Below, one piece after another: positions 38,101-48,009 of a stretch of 64,000 nt of DNA. Made by a program: the position numbers and the translations under genes. Below the pieces are notes generated by a model, which worked only from the letters and a program-made list of their open reading frames with translations, did not search any database and had not been told where the DNA came from. The stretch is from Alphaproteobacteria bacterium (GTDB lineage Bacteria; Pseudomonadota; Alphaproteobacteria; Bin95). The stretch spans positions 320,001-384,000 of the forward strand of contig OZ219789.1 in NCBI GenBank assembly GCA_964291285.2, given 5' to 3'. How positions within the stretch are numbered: position 1 is the stretch's first letter; the number at the start of each line of letters is the position of its first letter.

Positions 38101-39222
38101 TTACTGCAAAGACGGGCCACGACAAGATTGTTCCAAGCCGTCGCACTTGCGTTGCGGGTAGAGGGGTCGGCCGTCGGCGTGGACCATCTCTTCCTTGGTG
38201 CGGCGGATGAAGTGGCGGCGGCGCTGCGCTTCGGGGAAGTCCGCGAACGCCTCGAAGGTCGCCAGCGCGTCCGGCGCGAGCAGGCGCCACAGGCAGTAGT
38301 AGGGGAAATCCTTGCCCATGTGCGGCGTCGCGGTCAGCAGCAGGATGTTCGGCGCCGACCAGCCCAGGCGCCAGCGCGCACAGTCTACGGGCAGGCCGGC
38401 CAGAGCTTCGGCGAGGCGGTAGCGGTCGGTCTTGCGGACTCGGAAATCCTGCTCGCGGGCGGCGGCCAGCTTGTGGGCCTCGTCAAACACCACGAGGTCG
38501 TAGGGACGCGCGGCACCCGATTCCATCGCCTCGCGAAGGCGCCCGAACATGCGCTCGCCGACAAGCGTGTCGATGCTGACGACGATGCGGTCGCTCCCCG
38601 GTCCGGCGAACGGGTTCCCGGCGCGGGCGTCGGTGCCGCGCACGATGCGGAAGGGGAGGCGGAACAGCATGCGCATCTCGCGTTCCCAGTTGCCCACCAG
38701 TCCGGCCGGCGCCGCCACAAGCACACGGGTTATCAGCCGGCGCACGAGCATCTCGCGGAGATACAGCCCCGTCATGATCGTCTTTCCGGCGCCGGCGTCG
38801 TCGGCAAGGAGAAACCGCAGCGGCGACTGGCCGATCATGTGCTCGTAGACGGCGATACGCTGGTGCGGCAACGGGTCGATCGAGGATATCTCGCTGGCGA
38901 AAGCCGGGTTGGACAGGTGGCCGTAGGCGAGCCGCGTCGCCGCCGCAACGGCAGCCACCGCTGCCGGCTCGGAGCCAAAGTCGAGTGTTGGCGTCGCCGA
39001 AGCGGCGGGCGGCTCGGCCGGCCGGGTCAAGTGCCGGACCTCGGCTTCCAGATCGACGATCCCGCGCCACGCCAGGCGCCCGGGCCTGGACTGGCTGTTC
39101 TCCCAGCGGTTCACTGTCGCGAACGACACGCCGACGCGCTCCGCCATCTGCGCCTGCGTAAGCCCCAACCGCCCACGCAAGTCCTTGACCCGGAGTGGAT
39201 AGTCTTCCGGAATGTCGCCCAT
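38101..39222 (-). pseudogene. XRE-HTH fused SNF2-family helicase, C-terminally truncated
   Basis: LTQAQMAERVGVSFATVNRWEN HTH; PLPHQ, LLADDAGAGKT, DEAHKL, LTATPH, FIRRTKE; breaks off before the HelicC domain. Confidence 0.85.
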
Positions 39223-39284
39223 TCCCGGTCGCACCGTCGTTTCTCGATTACATGGGGCGCAAGGATTAGACCATCTCGTGCGAC

Positions 39285-39298
39285 ATAGCAAATGCTAT
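39285..39298. promoter_or_regulatory. Palindrome upstream of HTH-helicase gene (possible autoregulatory operator)
   Basis: ATAGCA-AA-TGCTAT about 60 nt upstream of ATG 39222. Confidence 0.4.
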
Positions 39299-39804
39299 AC
39301 CACACTTTCCATGTCCCGATCATGCCGAGCGAAGAGACGACCCTTGCCATAGAAGCGCTGCGGCAGTCCCAATTCCGACAGAGGTACCCAACCTTCCGCC
39401 AATCCGCCGTTCATACGGCCCGGTTCGGCTCAGGGAGCCGTTCGTCGGCCCTGTCGGCAGCGCAGGCCTGAGCAGCGCCGGGAATCCGGCTGTTGCCGGT
39501 CGTTCGAGCGTCCGCGCAGGGTTTCCGAATTGCGTGACAACTCCTCCACAGCACGGCCAGCCCGCGGGGGGCAAGATGCCCGGGATGAATGCTCCAGAGA
39601 CACATGTCCGCATTCTCAATGCTGGAGGGGCGCCGGGCAACACGAGCCTTATGAGACCCGCGGGTTGCCTTCCCCGCACAGCTTTCCGCGACGATGCGGT
39701 CTTCGTGATGACATAGTGTTGATACGTTTCTGGAAATATCCTGTGTTCTCACTGTAATGGATTGTAATTGCTGTATTAATTCAACCCATCATCCGTCATG
39801 CCAT

Positions 39805-39922
39805 TCAAATCAAACGCTTCAAACGCATCGCCCTGCGCTGCGAAAAGACCGCCACAAACTTCAGCTCCTTCGTCGCACTCGCCGCTGCCTTCATCTTGAT
39901 CAAATCCGTCCACAGGACCTAG
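39805..39922 (+). pseudogene. IS5-family transposase 3' relic and right end
   Basis: IKRFKRIALRCEKTATNFSSFVALAAAFILIKSVHRT* ending GTCCACAGGACCTAG. Confidence 0.75.
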
Positions 39923-40036
39923 CAGAGCGCATGTCCGGACAGAACGAGACAACCCGCATTCAAAGCACTGGAGGCGATACGTCGCACTGAGCAGCTGTCG
40001 ATGGACGGTTACGGGACGCCCGGATTCGGGTGGTGT

Positions 40037-40441
40037 TCAGTCCAGCAGGATTTCGTGAATCCGGATTCTGTCGGCGTCCGACAGGTCTTGCCGCAGGGCA
40101 GTCACCGCAAGCTCCAGCAGCCCGACGGCCAGGATGCGGTCTGTCTCGCGCGGGTCGGGACCCGTCGGGGCGTCGAACAGCGCGTCATGCGCTCGAAGGA
40201 GTTCCACGGCCTTCGGCAGGAGGGCCATCCCCTCCGCGGTCAATTGCGTTCTGCCGGTCTCCGCCTTGTTCGGAGGGAAGTTCCGCTCCAGCAGCTTCAC
40301 GCCCAGATTCTCTTCAAGCGTCTGCAGGCGGCTGACGATCCCCGCGCGCGAAATGCCGCAGCGATGCGCCGCCTTCGCCGTGCTGCGCTCTCTAACCACG
40401 GCTATGAAGGCGCGGACGTTCTTGATGTTCAGGTCCGGCAT
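40037..40441 (-). CDS. Short LysR-type HTH regulator lacking the substrate-binding domain
   Basis: LNIKNVRAFIAVVRERSTAKAA..SRLQTLEENLGVKLLER..LTAEG; divergent from porin. Confidence 0.75.
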   Translation of the reverse strand: MPDLNIKNVRAFIAVVRERSTAKAAHRCGISRAGIVSRLQTLEENLGVKLLERNFPPNKAETGRTQLTAEGMALLPKAVELLRAHDALFDAPTGPDPRETDRILAVGLLELAVTALRQDLSDADRIRIHEILLD

Positions 40442-40502
40442 TCAGGCTTCCCCCCTTTTTGGGCCGCTGCGCTGCACTGTTGCATAAACGCTACAGTCTC
40501 TT

Positions 40503-41630
40503 AAATTACAGCTGGGAACGACCGCGCTCGCCTTCGCGGGCGCGGTGGCAGCCGGTTCGGCTTCGGCGGCTGACATGCTGAGCGTCGGCGTAGGCGGCTA
40601 TATGGAACAGTGGGTCGGCATAGCCGATCGCTCCGACGGTGACGTGGACGGCGGAGTCGACGTCCAGTCCGATTCGGAAATCTATTTCCAGGGTTCGCTG
40701 GAAGCCGACAACGGCCTGAAGTTCACGGTCCATGTGCAGCTCGAGGCCAACAACAGCGGCGGCGGCGACAGCGGGGACGCCAATACCGAAATCGACGAGT
40801 CCTTCGCGCGCGTCAGCGGCGACTTCGGCACGCTCGAAATCGGCCAGCGCGACCCGATCCATGCGCGCACGCACTATGCGGCGGCCTTCGGCGCGGGCGT
40901 CGGCCTGAACGCCGGCGACTCGCAGAAGTGGATCCCGGGCGCCTATTTCGAGACCGCCGGCTGGACGGGCGGCGTCGCGGGCGACGATCTGGGTGTGATC
41001 TACATCACCCCGCGCGTGAACGGCATCCAGGTGGGCTTGTCCTACCATCCGGATTCGACGAACGAGAACGCCCCGACCGGAGCGCCGACGGACAATGACA
41101 AGGCGGTCGTAGCCGCCGGCATCAACTACAACGTGAACGTAGCCGACATGTCGGTCAAGGTCTCGCTCGGCCATCTCACACGTTCGCAGACCGGCAGCGT
41201 GGACTACGACTCCGACGGCGACGGCACCGACGACATGTCGAAGGGCTTCGACGACGCGACGTACACCAATGCGGGCCTCTCGATCGGCATGGGCCAGTAC
41301 AGCTTCGGCGTCTCCTACGCCAACCGCGACGGTGGCGGCTTCATGGCAGCGGCCGATGAAGATGGCCACGAGATGGCCGTCGAGGACGGGTCGGGCCAGC
41401 ACGACACCGTGGCGGTCGGCCTCGGCTACACGGACGGCCCGATGTCGTTCAGCTTCGACTACATGAACCGCGATGCGGAGAACGGCGACGAGCGCACCGG
41501 GACCATGGTCTCGATGGGCTACAAGCTGGCGCCGGGCGTTGCCTGGAAGAGTTCGATCTTCGGTGTCGAGGACAGCGGCAGCGGCGCGGAAGGCACGGCC
41601 TTCGTGACCGGCATCGACATCGACTTCTGA
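40503..41630 (+). CDS. Alphaproteobacterial porin; canonical start codon apparently lost
   Basis: KLQLGTTALAFAGAVAAGSASAAD signal, SDSEIYFQGS..DNGLKF..QLEA, IDESF, YITPR, terminal F; no ATG after in-frame TAA at 40485 (first alternative start GTG 40545). Confidence 0.8.
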   Translation, partial: KLQLGTTALAFAGAVAAGSASAADMLSVGVGGYMEQWVGIADRSDGDVDGGVDVQSDSEIYFQGSLEADNGLKFTVHVQLEANNSGGGDSGDANTEIDESFARVSGDFGTLEIGQRDPIHARTHYAAAFGAGVGLNAGDSQKWIPGAYFETAGWTGGVAGDDLGVIYITPRVNGIQVGLSYHPDSTNENAPTGAPTDNDKAVVAAGINYNVNVADMSVKVSLGHLTRSQTGSVDYDSDGDGTDDMSKGFDDATYTNAGLSIGMGQYSFGVSYANRDGGGFMAAADEDGHEMAVEDGSGQHDTVAVGLGYTDGPMSFSFDYMNRDAENGDERTGTMVSMGYKLAPGVAWKSSIFGVEDSGSGAEGTAFVTGIDIDF

Positions 41631-41718
41631 TCGGCGCGGCAGTCCACACCACGGAGGAATGATCCAAACGGTTTGCCCGGCCGGTGCAGTCGGTCCGGGT
41701 TGAAAGGAGAAGGGTTCG

Positions 41719-43416
41719 ATGAGAACCATGAAAAATCTGGCACTGGCGGCGATGGCCGCTACGGCCTTGGCGCTCGCAGGATGCGGCGGTGGCGGCGGAG
41801 GGACGTCGTCCATTGCGCCGACCATGCCCCCGGCGCCTCCGGCGCCTCCGCCTGTTGCGGACGTCATGATTCCGGATGCGATGTATCTGGATGAAGACAA
41901 TTCGCCAATGGCGGGGTCCATGACCATTGCGGCGGGCGAGAGCTACACCAACAACGGCGTGGTCTTCGCCTGCCCGGCTGACGGGGACGACTGCGAGGTC
42001 GAGGTCATGGCGGACGGTTCCGTGACCAGCACCGGTGGCGCGGCGACGGCTATGCTGACCGAAACCGCCATGACGCAGGTTATGGCTGACAAGGAAACCG
42101 CGCGGATCATGCGCCGCGACCAGGTCATCGGCAAGGACCGGGCGCTTGAGGCGGCTGCCAATTTCGGTACAGGCGGAAGTCCGGCGGAAAACGCGATCAC
42201 CATCACTCGAGGCGGAAGCGGACCGGCCAAAGTTACGTCGACCGGATACTCCGCGTCCGATGGCACGATACTGCCGAACGGGGAGGTCTGGATTGGCTCA
42301 CGCCTCATGCAGGCCGTTGCAGGCGTTGGGACGAACCATCTCTTCGTCTACACGGACAAGGAGCCGGCGACCCGGATCCAGTTCTTCAACTTCGACAACG
42401 ACGCGGCGACGCCACACAAGTATGCGAACACCGAGATAGATGCCCTCACGGACGCAGCGGACTCGGAAACTGTATACACGGGGCTGACGCTTGAGAGCAG
42501 CACCGGCACAACCAATCCCGTCAGCGATACGACACTCGACCTGACGAGGTTCCCGGCGCCCGGCCCTGTCGAAGAAGGCACCGTCACCCAGAACTACGCG
42601 TTGAACACTGACCCAGGCAATAGTGGGAACAATACCCACGCCAGCATTCCGGGGAACTATGATGGCGCGGGTGGCCGCTACGTGTGCGACGCTGGCGGTG
42701 GTACATGCTCGGTCGCGGTTACTCCGGGAGGTGCCTACACGCTTACCGGGACCTGGACCTTCGTTCCTGAGCTGAACGCCACGGCATGGCTGCAGGACGG
42801 CGGGACTGCCGCGGGCGGTGGCCAGCAAGGAGAATTCATGAGCTTCGGCTGGTGGCTTCATGAACCGACGGCTCAGACCGGCGTCTACACATTCCGGTAC
42901 TACGCGGACGGCTCGGCGTATCAGTTGGCCGCCGGTGACTTGGCGGCTGGCTCGGCGACCTACAACGGTCGGGCCGCAGGCAAGTTCGTGGTGCAGGATA
43001 TCGGCGAATCGGGCGTGACCGACGGGCAAGCCGGCATGTTTACGGCAGCCGCGTCGCTGACCGCGAAGTTCAGTGGCACGGCCGCTGGCGGCACGCTTGA
43101 GGGAGCCATCAGTGGTTTCCAGACCGACAACGGCAATGTGGACGTGTCCGGTTGGATGGTGACGCTGGAGCAGCAAACGATTACAGGTGCCACGGGCGCC
43201 GACGTGACCTCCGCGGGCACCGAGAACGACCCGACCGAGAGCGCCTTCGATGGCACGACGGCGACGTTGGGCGATCAGACGCTGCACGGGACCTGGACTT
43301 CCCAGTTCTTCGGGCAGCCGTCAAAAGCCGACGCCTATCCGCTCGGAGTCGGCGGCACCTTCCAGGCCGACAACGAGTCGGCCAGCATCGCCGGTGCCTT
43401 CGGCGCCCGCCGGTAG
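41719..43416 (+). CDS. Slam-dependent surface lipoprotein (TbpB-like C-terminal barrel)
   Basis: Lipobox LAG-C followed by GGGGGG; FGWWL, ATYNGRAAG, FTAAASLTAKF, IAGAFGARR. Confidence 0.88.
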   Translation: MRTMKNLALAAMAATALALAGCGGGGGGTSSIAPTMPPAPPAPPPVADVMIPDAMYLDEDNSPMAGSMTIAAGESYTNNGVVFACPADGDDCEVEVMADGSVTSTGGAATAMLTETAMTQVMADKETARIMRRDQVIGKDRALEAAANFGTGGSPAENAITITRGGSGPAKVTSTGYSASDGTILPNGEVWIGSRLMQAVAGVGTNHLFVYTDKEPATRIQFFNFDNDAATPHKYANTEIDALTDAADSETVYTGLTLESSTGTTNPVSDTTLDLTRFPAPGPVEEGTVTQNYALNTDPGNSGNNTHASIPGNYDGAGGRYVCDAGGGTCSVAVTPGGAYTLTGTWTFVPELNATAWLQDGGTAAGGGQQGEFMSFGWWLHEPTAQTGVYTFRYYADGSAYQLAAGDLAAGSATYNGRAAGKFVVQDIGESGVTDGQAGMFTAAASLTAKFSGTAAGGTLEGAISGFQTDNGNVDVSGWMVTLEQQTITGATGADVTSAGTENDPTESAFDGTTATLGDQTLHGTWTSQFFGQPSKADAYPLGVGGTFQADNESASIAGAFGARR

Positions 43417-43470
43417 TCGATAACATCGGGAGGAGGGGTGCCCGTCCGGGTTTCTCCCTCCCGCTTCTTC

Positions 43471-43510
43471 CCCCCGGCGCGTCTCTTTGGTCGCGCCGGG
43501 GGTTTTTCTT
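43471..43510 (+). terminator. Intrinsic terminator between lipoprotein and Slam
   Basis: CCCCCGGCGCG..CGCGCCGGGGG followed by TTTTTCTT. Confidence 0.75.
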
Positions 43511-43657
43511 TGCCGCCCGCGTCGGGTCCGCCGATGAAATCCTCCAGCCTCCTCCGGCGGCCGCGCCGTTCTCCGGTCCGGCTCGCAGCGGCGAAACAGA
43601 GACGCATCTCCCCGCCGGCAGCCTCCTGTCCGGGCGGCCGGAGAGACGAGTAACGCC

Positions 43658-44932
43658 ATGACACGGTTCCTTGCCTTCGTCCTCGTCCTGGGCCTGTCGA
43701 TCCTGGTCCTTGCGGCGGTCGGGTGGGGGGCGCCCGCCTCCGGCCAGGATGCGACCGGCCCGCGCTTCCAGGCCGGAATGGAAGCCCTCAACGCCGCCCA
43801 CACCATCGCAGACCGGGAGGCCCGCGAGGAGAAGCTCGACGAGGCCATCGCCGCCTTCCGCGCCATCCTGGTGGACCGGCCGGAGCTTGTGCGCGTGCGC
43901 CTCGAACTCGCCCGCGCCTTCTTCCTGAAGGAGGAGGACACGCTGGCACGGCGGCATTTCGAGCAGGTGCTAGGCGGCAAGCCGCCCGAGGCGGTGGCCG
44001 TCAATATCCAGCGCTTCCTGAACATCATGCGCGCGCGCCGGCGCTGGACGGCGCAGTTCGGCGCGGCCCTTGCTCCGGACAGCAATCTGAATGCCGCGTC
44101 GGGCGAGCGCACGATCTTCCTCGACACCGTCTTCGGACGGCTGCCCTTCACCCTCGACGACCCCGCCACGCCCAAGTCCGGTATTGGTGTCTCCCTCTGG
44201 GGCGGCGGCGAATACCAGTATCCGCTTTCGCAAAATCTCCGCCTGCGCTCCGGGGCGAACGCCAGCATCCGGGAATACAAGGGCGGGGACTTCGACCGCC
44301 ATTTCCTCTCGGCGCATCTGGGCCCGCGCCGGCTGATCGACGCGCGCACCGAGGCAAGCCTGCTGGCGACGGTCGAGCGGCAATGGACCGCCGGCGTGCC
44401 CGAGACCGACCGCTTCGGCCTGCGCCTTGAAGGGGAGCACCGGCTGACGCCGCGCCTCGGCATGTTCGCCCGCGTGAGCGCCGCGCGGCGCAACTGCCGC
44501 GACTGCAACTGGCTCGACGGCCCGGTGGGCGATGTGATGCTCGGCGCAAGCTGGGCCGCGCTGCCGATCCTGCGTCTCGGCGGCAATGCCGGCTGGAGCT
44601 GGGCCCGCGCCAACCTGGAGCACTGGCGCAACAGCGGGCCCCGGGCCAGCCTGGGCGCGACGCTGGCGCTGCGGGCCGGCTTCACCGTCGGGCTGCGCGC
44701 CTCCCTGCAGCGCACGGAATACCAGGGGCAGGGTTTCGCCCACCGCACCATCGACCGCGAGCCGCGCGAGGACGAGACGCAGACGTTCTCGCTTTCCGTC
44801 CACAACCGCGCCCTCACCCTGGCCGGCTTCAGCCCGCGCCTCAGCCTCGTGCGCGAGGAGCGCGACACCAACGCCCAGGCCCTTGACTATAATCGCAATC
44901 GCGCTGAGCTCAGCTTCGTCAGGCAGTTCTGA
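43658..44932 (+). CDS. Surface lipoprotein assembly modifier (Slam/DUF560), intact
   Basis: Signal peptide, TPR-like RVRLELARAFF, PDSNLN, C-terminal barrel ending YNRNRAELSFVRQF. Confidence 0.88.
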   Translation: MTRFLAFVLVLGLSILVLAAVGWGAPASGQDATGPRFQAGMEALNAAHTIADREAREEKLDEAIAAFRAILVDRPELVRVRLELARAFFLKEEDTLARRHFEQVLGGKPPEAVAVNIQRFLNIMRARRRWTAQFGAALAPDSNLNAASGERTIFLDTVFGRLPFTLDDPATPKSGIGVSLWGGGEYQYPLSQNLRLRSGANASIREYKGGDFDRHFLSAHLGPRRLIDARTEASLLATVERQWTAGVPETDRFGLRLEGEHRLTPRLGMFARVSAARRNCRDCNWLDGPVGDVMLGASWAALPILRLGGNAGWSWARANLEHWRNSGPRASLGATLALRAGFTVGLRASLQRTEYQGQGFAHRTIDREPREDETQTFSLSVHNRALTLAGFSPRLSLVREERDTNAQALDYNRNRAELSFVRQF

Positions 44933-45162
44933 CGGAGAAGCGGCAGCCGCGCAGAATGGCCGGCCCGGACAGAGCAGGCACCCCCGTGCCTCCTTCCAGT
45001 CCGAACCGGTCGCCGGAGGGGCGGGTTGCAACGCCCCTCCGGCACCTTCGCGCCCCGGACAAGTTGGGGGCGCAATCGACGGACCAGCGCTCGCATGGCG
45101 CAGCCGTTTCATCACCGTCTCAGCCGGTGATCCTGCGAGGTTTTCCGAATACTCGACCAGAA

Positions 45163-45181
45163 CGTAACGACTGTCGTTACG
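45163..45181. promoter_or_regulatory. Perfect palindrome, probable HigA operator
   Basis: CGTAACGAC-T-GTCGTTACG immediately upstream of higB start. Confidence 0.6.
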
Positions 45182-45188
45182 ATGGTCC

Positions 45189-45440
45189 GTGATCGAGAGC
45201 TTTGCCGGCAAACGCACTGCGGCCATCTTCACGGGCACGCCGTTCGCGCGCAGCCCACGCAGATCCAACCGACGCGACTGGCCGCCTCGAAGAGCTGCAG
45301 GTCCCGCCCGGCAACCGGCCCGAAGCTCTTCGTGGCGACCGACCAGGGCAACATGGCGTTCTCGTCAACGAGCAATGGCGTATCTGTTTCGTCTGCCGTG
45401 ACGGCGAGGGTTGGGAGGTCGAGATTGCCGACTGTCTATC
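45189..45440 (+). pseudogene. higB: HigB/RelE-like killer toxin, frameshifted
   Basis: MIESFAGKRT in one frame; LQVPPGNRPEALRGDRPGQHGVLVNEQWRICF in another. Confidence 0.75.
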
Positions 45441-45615
45441 AGGAGCCGCATCGAACGCGGCCATTGATCGGGAAGGCCTGGACCGGTTCAAGGTCGATTT
45501 CGCAGACGTCGCTTCCGGATGGTTGTCGCCTCCGGTGCATCCCGGCGCAATTCTGCGCGGTGATTTCCTGAAACCGATGGAACTCTGCGTCTATCGACTG
45601 GCCCGGGATATCAAG

Positions 45616-47522
45616 CCCAACTTCAACAGTGACGATTAAAAGTATTCGATAGAACAGGGAGTTACACCGGCATCGCCGGGTGTACCCACTACATTTCGTT
45701 GATTTTGGGGACGGTCAGGCTTTGTGTTCGCGCCAGTTCGGCGGCAGCGCGATGCCGACGGCCTGGAAGACCTTTCCGACCTGGCCCTCGACATGGGTGC
45801 GGGTGGTGATGCGCTTGCCGTCCTTCTCGATGGTGGCCTCTTGCAGGCGGTCGAGATCGCGGATCAGGTCGTCCCATTCGACGTTGACGTTGGCGGCGGC
45901 GCAGCGGTCGGCCAGTTCCTTCTGGAGGACGAGCGCGAGGAAGGAGCAGAAGACGTGGCCGCGGATCGCGGCGTCGCAGGAGTGGTAGATCGGGCGGGTG
46001 CGCAACTGGGCCTTCGCCCGGCGGAACAGGTCTTCCACCGTGAGCAGCTCCCGGTAGCGGAGCACGGCATTGAGCGGCGTCATGCCGGCGTTGGTGCGCA
46101 GCACGAAGATGCCGTCGAAGCCGGCCTCCTCGGCGAGCTTGCCGGCGTCGATCTCGAACGCCTTGCCCGCGCCCGTGCGGCGCAGATAACGCCGGTAGGC
46201 GCTGTTGCCGATCAGCGCTTTCTCGCCGTCCGCAAGGCGGCGCTGGAGGCCGTCCACCACGGCCTGCCGGTCGGCGCGGTCCTTCTGTGCCTCCGCCTCG
46301 TTGCGGCACACGATGTAGCGCGCGCCGCCCACCGTGACTTCCTTCACGAACAGCTGCGTCTCGCCGCGCGGACGCTTGAGGAGCAGCGGCACAAAGGGCT
46401 TCGTGTCCTTCAGCACCACCTCGCGGACCACCTTCGTGCGCCGCTCGCGCGCGCCCAGGATGTAGTCCAGCCCCCGCTCTTCCAGCGCCGCTATCGTCGC
46501 CGCCGAGATCATCCCCCGGTCCGCCACCACGCACACACGACCGATCCCGAAGCGTGACCGAAGACGGTCCACGATCGGCAGCAGCACCCTGGTGTCGGCC
46601 GTGTTGCCCGGCAGCATCTCCGTGCACACAGGCCGGCCCTCGCCGTCCAGCACCACCGCCAGAACCATCTGGCGCAAGTCCGGGCGATGGTCCTTCGAGT
46701 AGCCGTGCGCGCCCAGCGTCTCGCCGCCCGCGCCGTGGAACGACAGCGTCGTGGTGTCCATGAACACCACAGACAGGTCGGTGAACAGGTCCCGCCTGTG
46801 CTCGAACAGACGCTCCTCGATCCCGTCCTTCACGCAGCGCGGCGCAAGCGCGCCTTCCGCCGGCGCCTCCAGCTCCTCCCCGAGCCAGGCCATCGCCCGA
46901 TACAGCTGATGAAGCCGCAACCCCTCGATCCCCTCGATCGCGTAGTCGGCCATCCACTTCTCGCAGGACCGGTCCGAACCCGACACGAACAGACGGTGCA
47001 GAACGCTCACAAACACCGCCCGCTCGACGGCGAACCCGAAGCCGCGACCGTCCAGAAGCTCCTTCACGACAGCGCCCACGCCCAGCCGATCCCACAGCCG
47101 ACCGAACAGCAGCGGACCGCCGACCCGCACGCAGGCCAGCGCGCCCGCCTCCATGTCCTCCAGCACCACGGACCGCTCCGAATGGCGCGCCAGGGACGCG
47201 ATCAGACGGTCCAGCTCCCCGCTCGCCTGCAACACGTCCTTGCGGCCGAGCGCGCGGATCGTGCGCTGGCGCACCCGCTTGCCCTCGCGCACGCTCTCCA
47301 CGAGGTAGAGATAGCGGTGGCCCCGGGCGGTCGTTTCGCGCACGAACATGACCGCGTTGTATGTCTTCGATATCGACCAATCAAGAAAACAAGGCCAAAT
47401 CAGCAAAAATGTTTCACTACATTTTTCTCAACCCGCGCCAATCATCACCTCACTATCCAATCATTTCAACAACTTGGCGAAACCGCGCCCGGCAAAAATC
47501 GACACCGACTGTTCAAGTTGGG
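45616..47522 (-). mobile_element. IS1634-family insertion sequence (1907 bp)
   Basis: IRs CCCAACTTCAACAGT / ACTGTTCAAGTTGGG; 5-bp target duplication TCAAG (45611-45615, 47523-47527). Confidence 0.92.
45715..47349 (-). CDS. IS1634 family transposase
   Basis: MFVRE..YLYLVESVREGKRVRQR, FMDTTT, GYSKDHRPD, VADRGM, VEDLFR..RPIYH. Confidence 0.92.
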   Translation of the reverse strand: MFVRETTARGHRYLYLVESVREGKRVRQRTIRALGRKDVLQASGELDRLIASLARHSERSVVLEDMEAGALACVRVGGPLLFGRLWDRLGVGAVVKELLDGRGFGFAVERAVFVSVLHRLFVSGSDRSCEKWMADYAIEGIEGLRLHQLYRAMAWLGEELEAPAEGALAPRCVKDGIEERLFEHRRDLFTDLSVVFMDTTTLSFHGAGGETLGAHGYSKDHRPDLRQMVLAVVLDGEGRPVCTEMLPGNTADTRVLLPIVDRLRSRFGIGRVCVVADRGMISAATIAALEERGLDYILGARERRTKVVREVVLKDTKPFVPLLLKRPRGETQLFVKEVTVGGARYIVCRNEAEAQKDRADRQAVVDGLQRRLADGEKALIGNSAYRRYLRRTGAGKAFEIDAGKLAEEAGFDGIFVLRTNAGMTPLNAVLRYRELLTVEDLFRRAKAQLRTRPIYHSCDAAIRGHVFCSFLALVLQKELADRCAAANVNVEWDDLIRDLDRLQEATIEKDGKRITTRTHVEGQVGKVFQAVGIALPPNWREHKA

Positions 47523-47818
47523 TCAAGGTGTCGCGTCCGTGGCTGGACGAAATCGCGCTTGGACGGCGCGCCGTAACCACCGATACTGCACCACGACTGG
47601 CCCGCCATTTCGGGACAACGCCGGAGTTCTGGATCAATCTGCAAACCCGTTACGATCCGGACGTCGCCGAACGCACGGTGCGGCAGAAAATCGATCGCGA
47701 AGTGGTGCCCCGCGCGGTGTGATGTCTTTCATCCATGACGACAGAGTTGGGGGACGGGACCAGCGTCGGTTGTCAAACCCGGTCACCGGCCATACCCTCC
47801 ATCATCGCCTTTCCGAAG

Positions 47819-47924
47819 GCTGGCGCCGGGCGCGTCGTGGAAGAGCTCGATCTTCAGCGTCGAGGACGACACCGGCGGCGCGCAAGGCGCGGCCTTCGTG
47901 ACCGGCATCGAAATCGACTTCCGA
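47819..47924 (+). pseudogene. Relic of porin 3' end
   Basis: LAPGASWKSSIFSVEDDTGGAQGAAFVTGIEIDF, homologous to 41525..41630, stop TGA changed to CGA. Confidence 0.8.
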
Positions 47925-48009
47925 TCGGGGCGGCAAGCGAAACCACGGAGGAACAATCCAAACGGTTTTCCCGGCCGTTGCCGGCCCGGGCTGAAAGGAG
48001 AAGGGCTCC

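Larger units (their letters stand above)
45460..47722 (+). pseudogene. higA: HigA antitoxin split by IS1634
   Basis: PPVHPGAILRGDFLKP..RLARDIK | VSRPWLDEIALGRRAVTTDTAPRLARHFGTTPEFWINLQTRYD. Confidence 0.8.
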
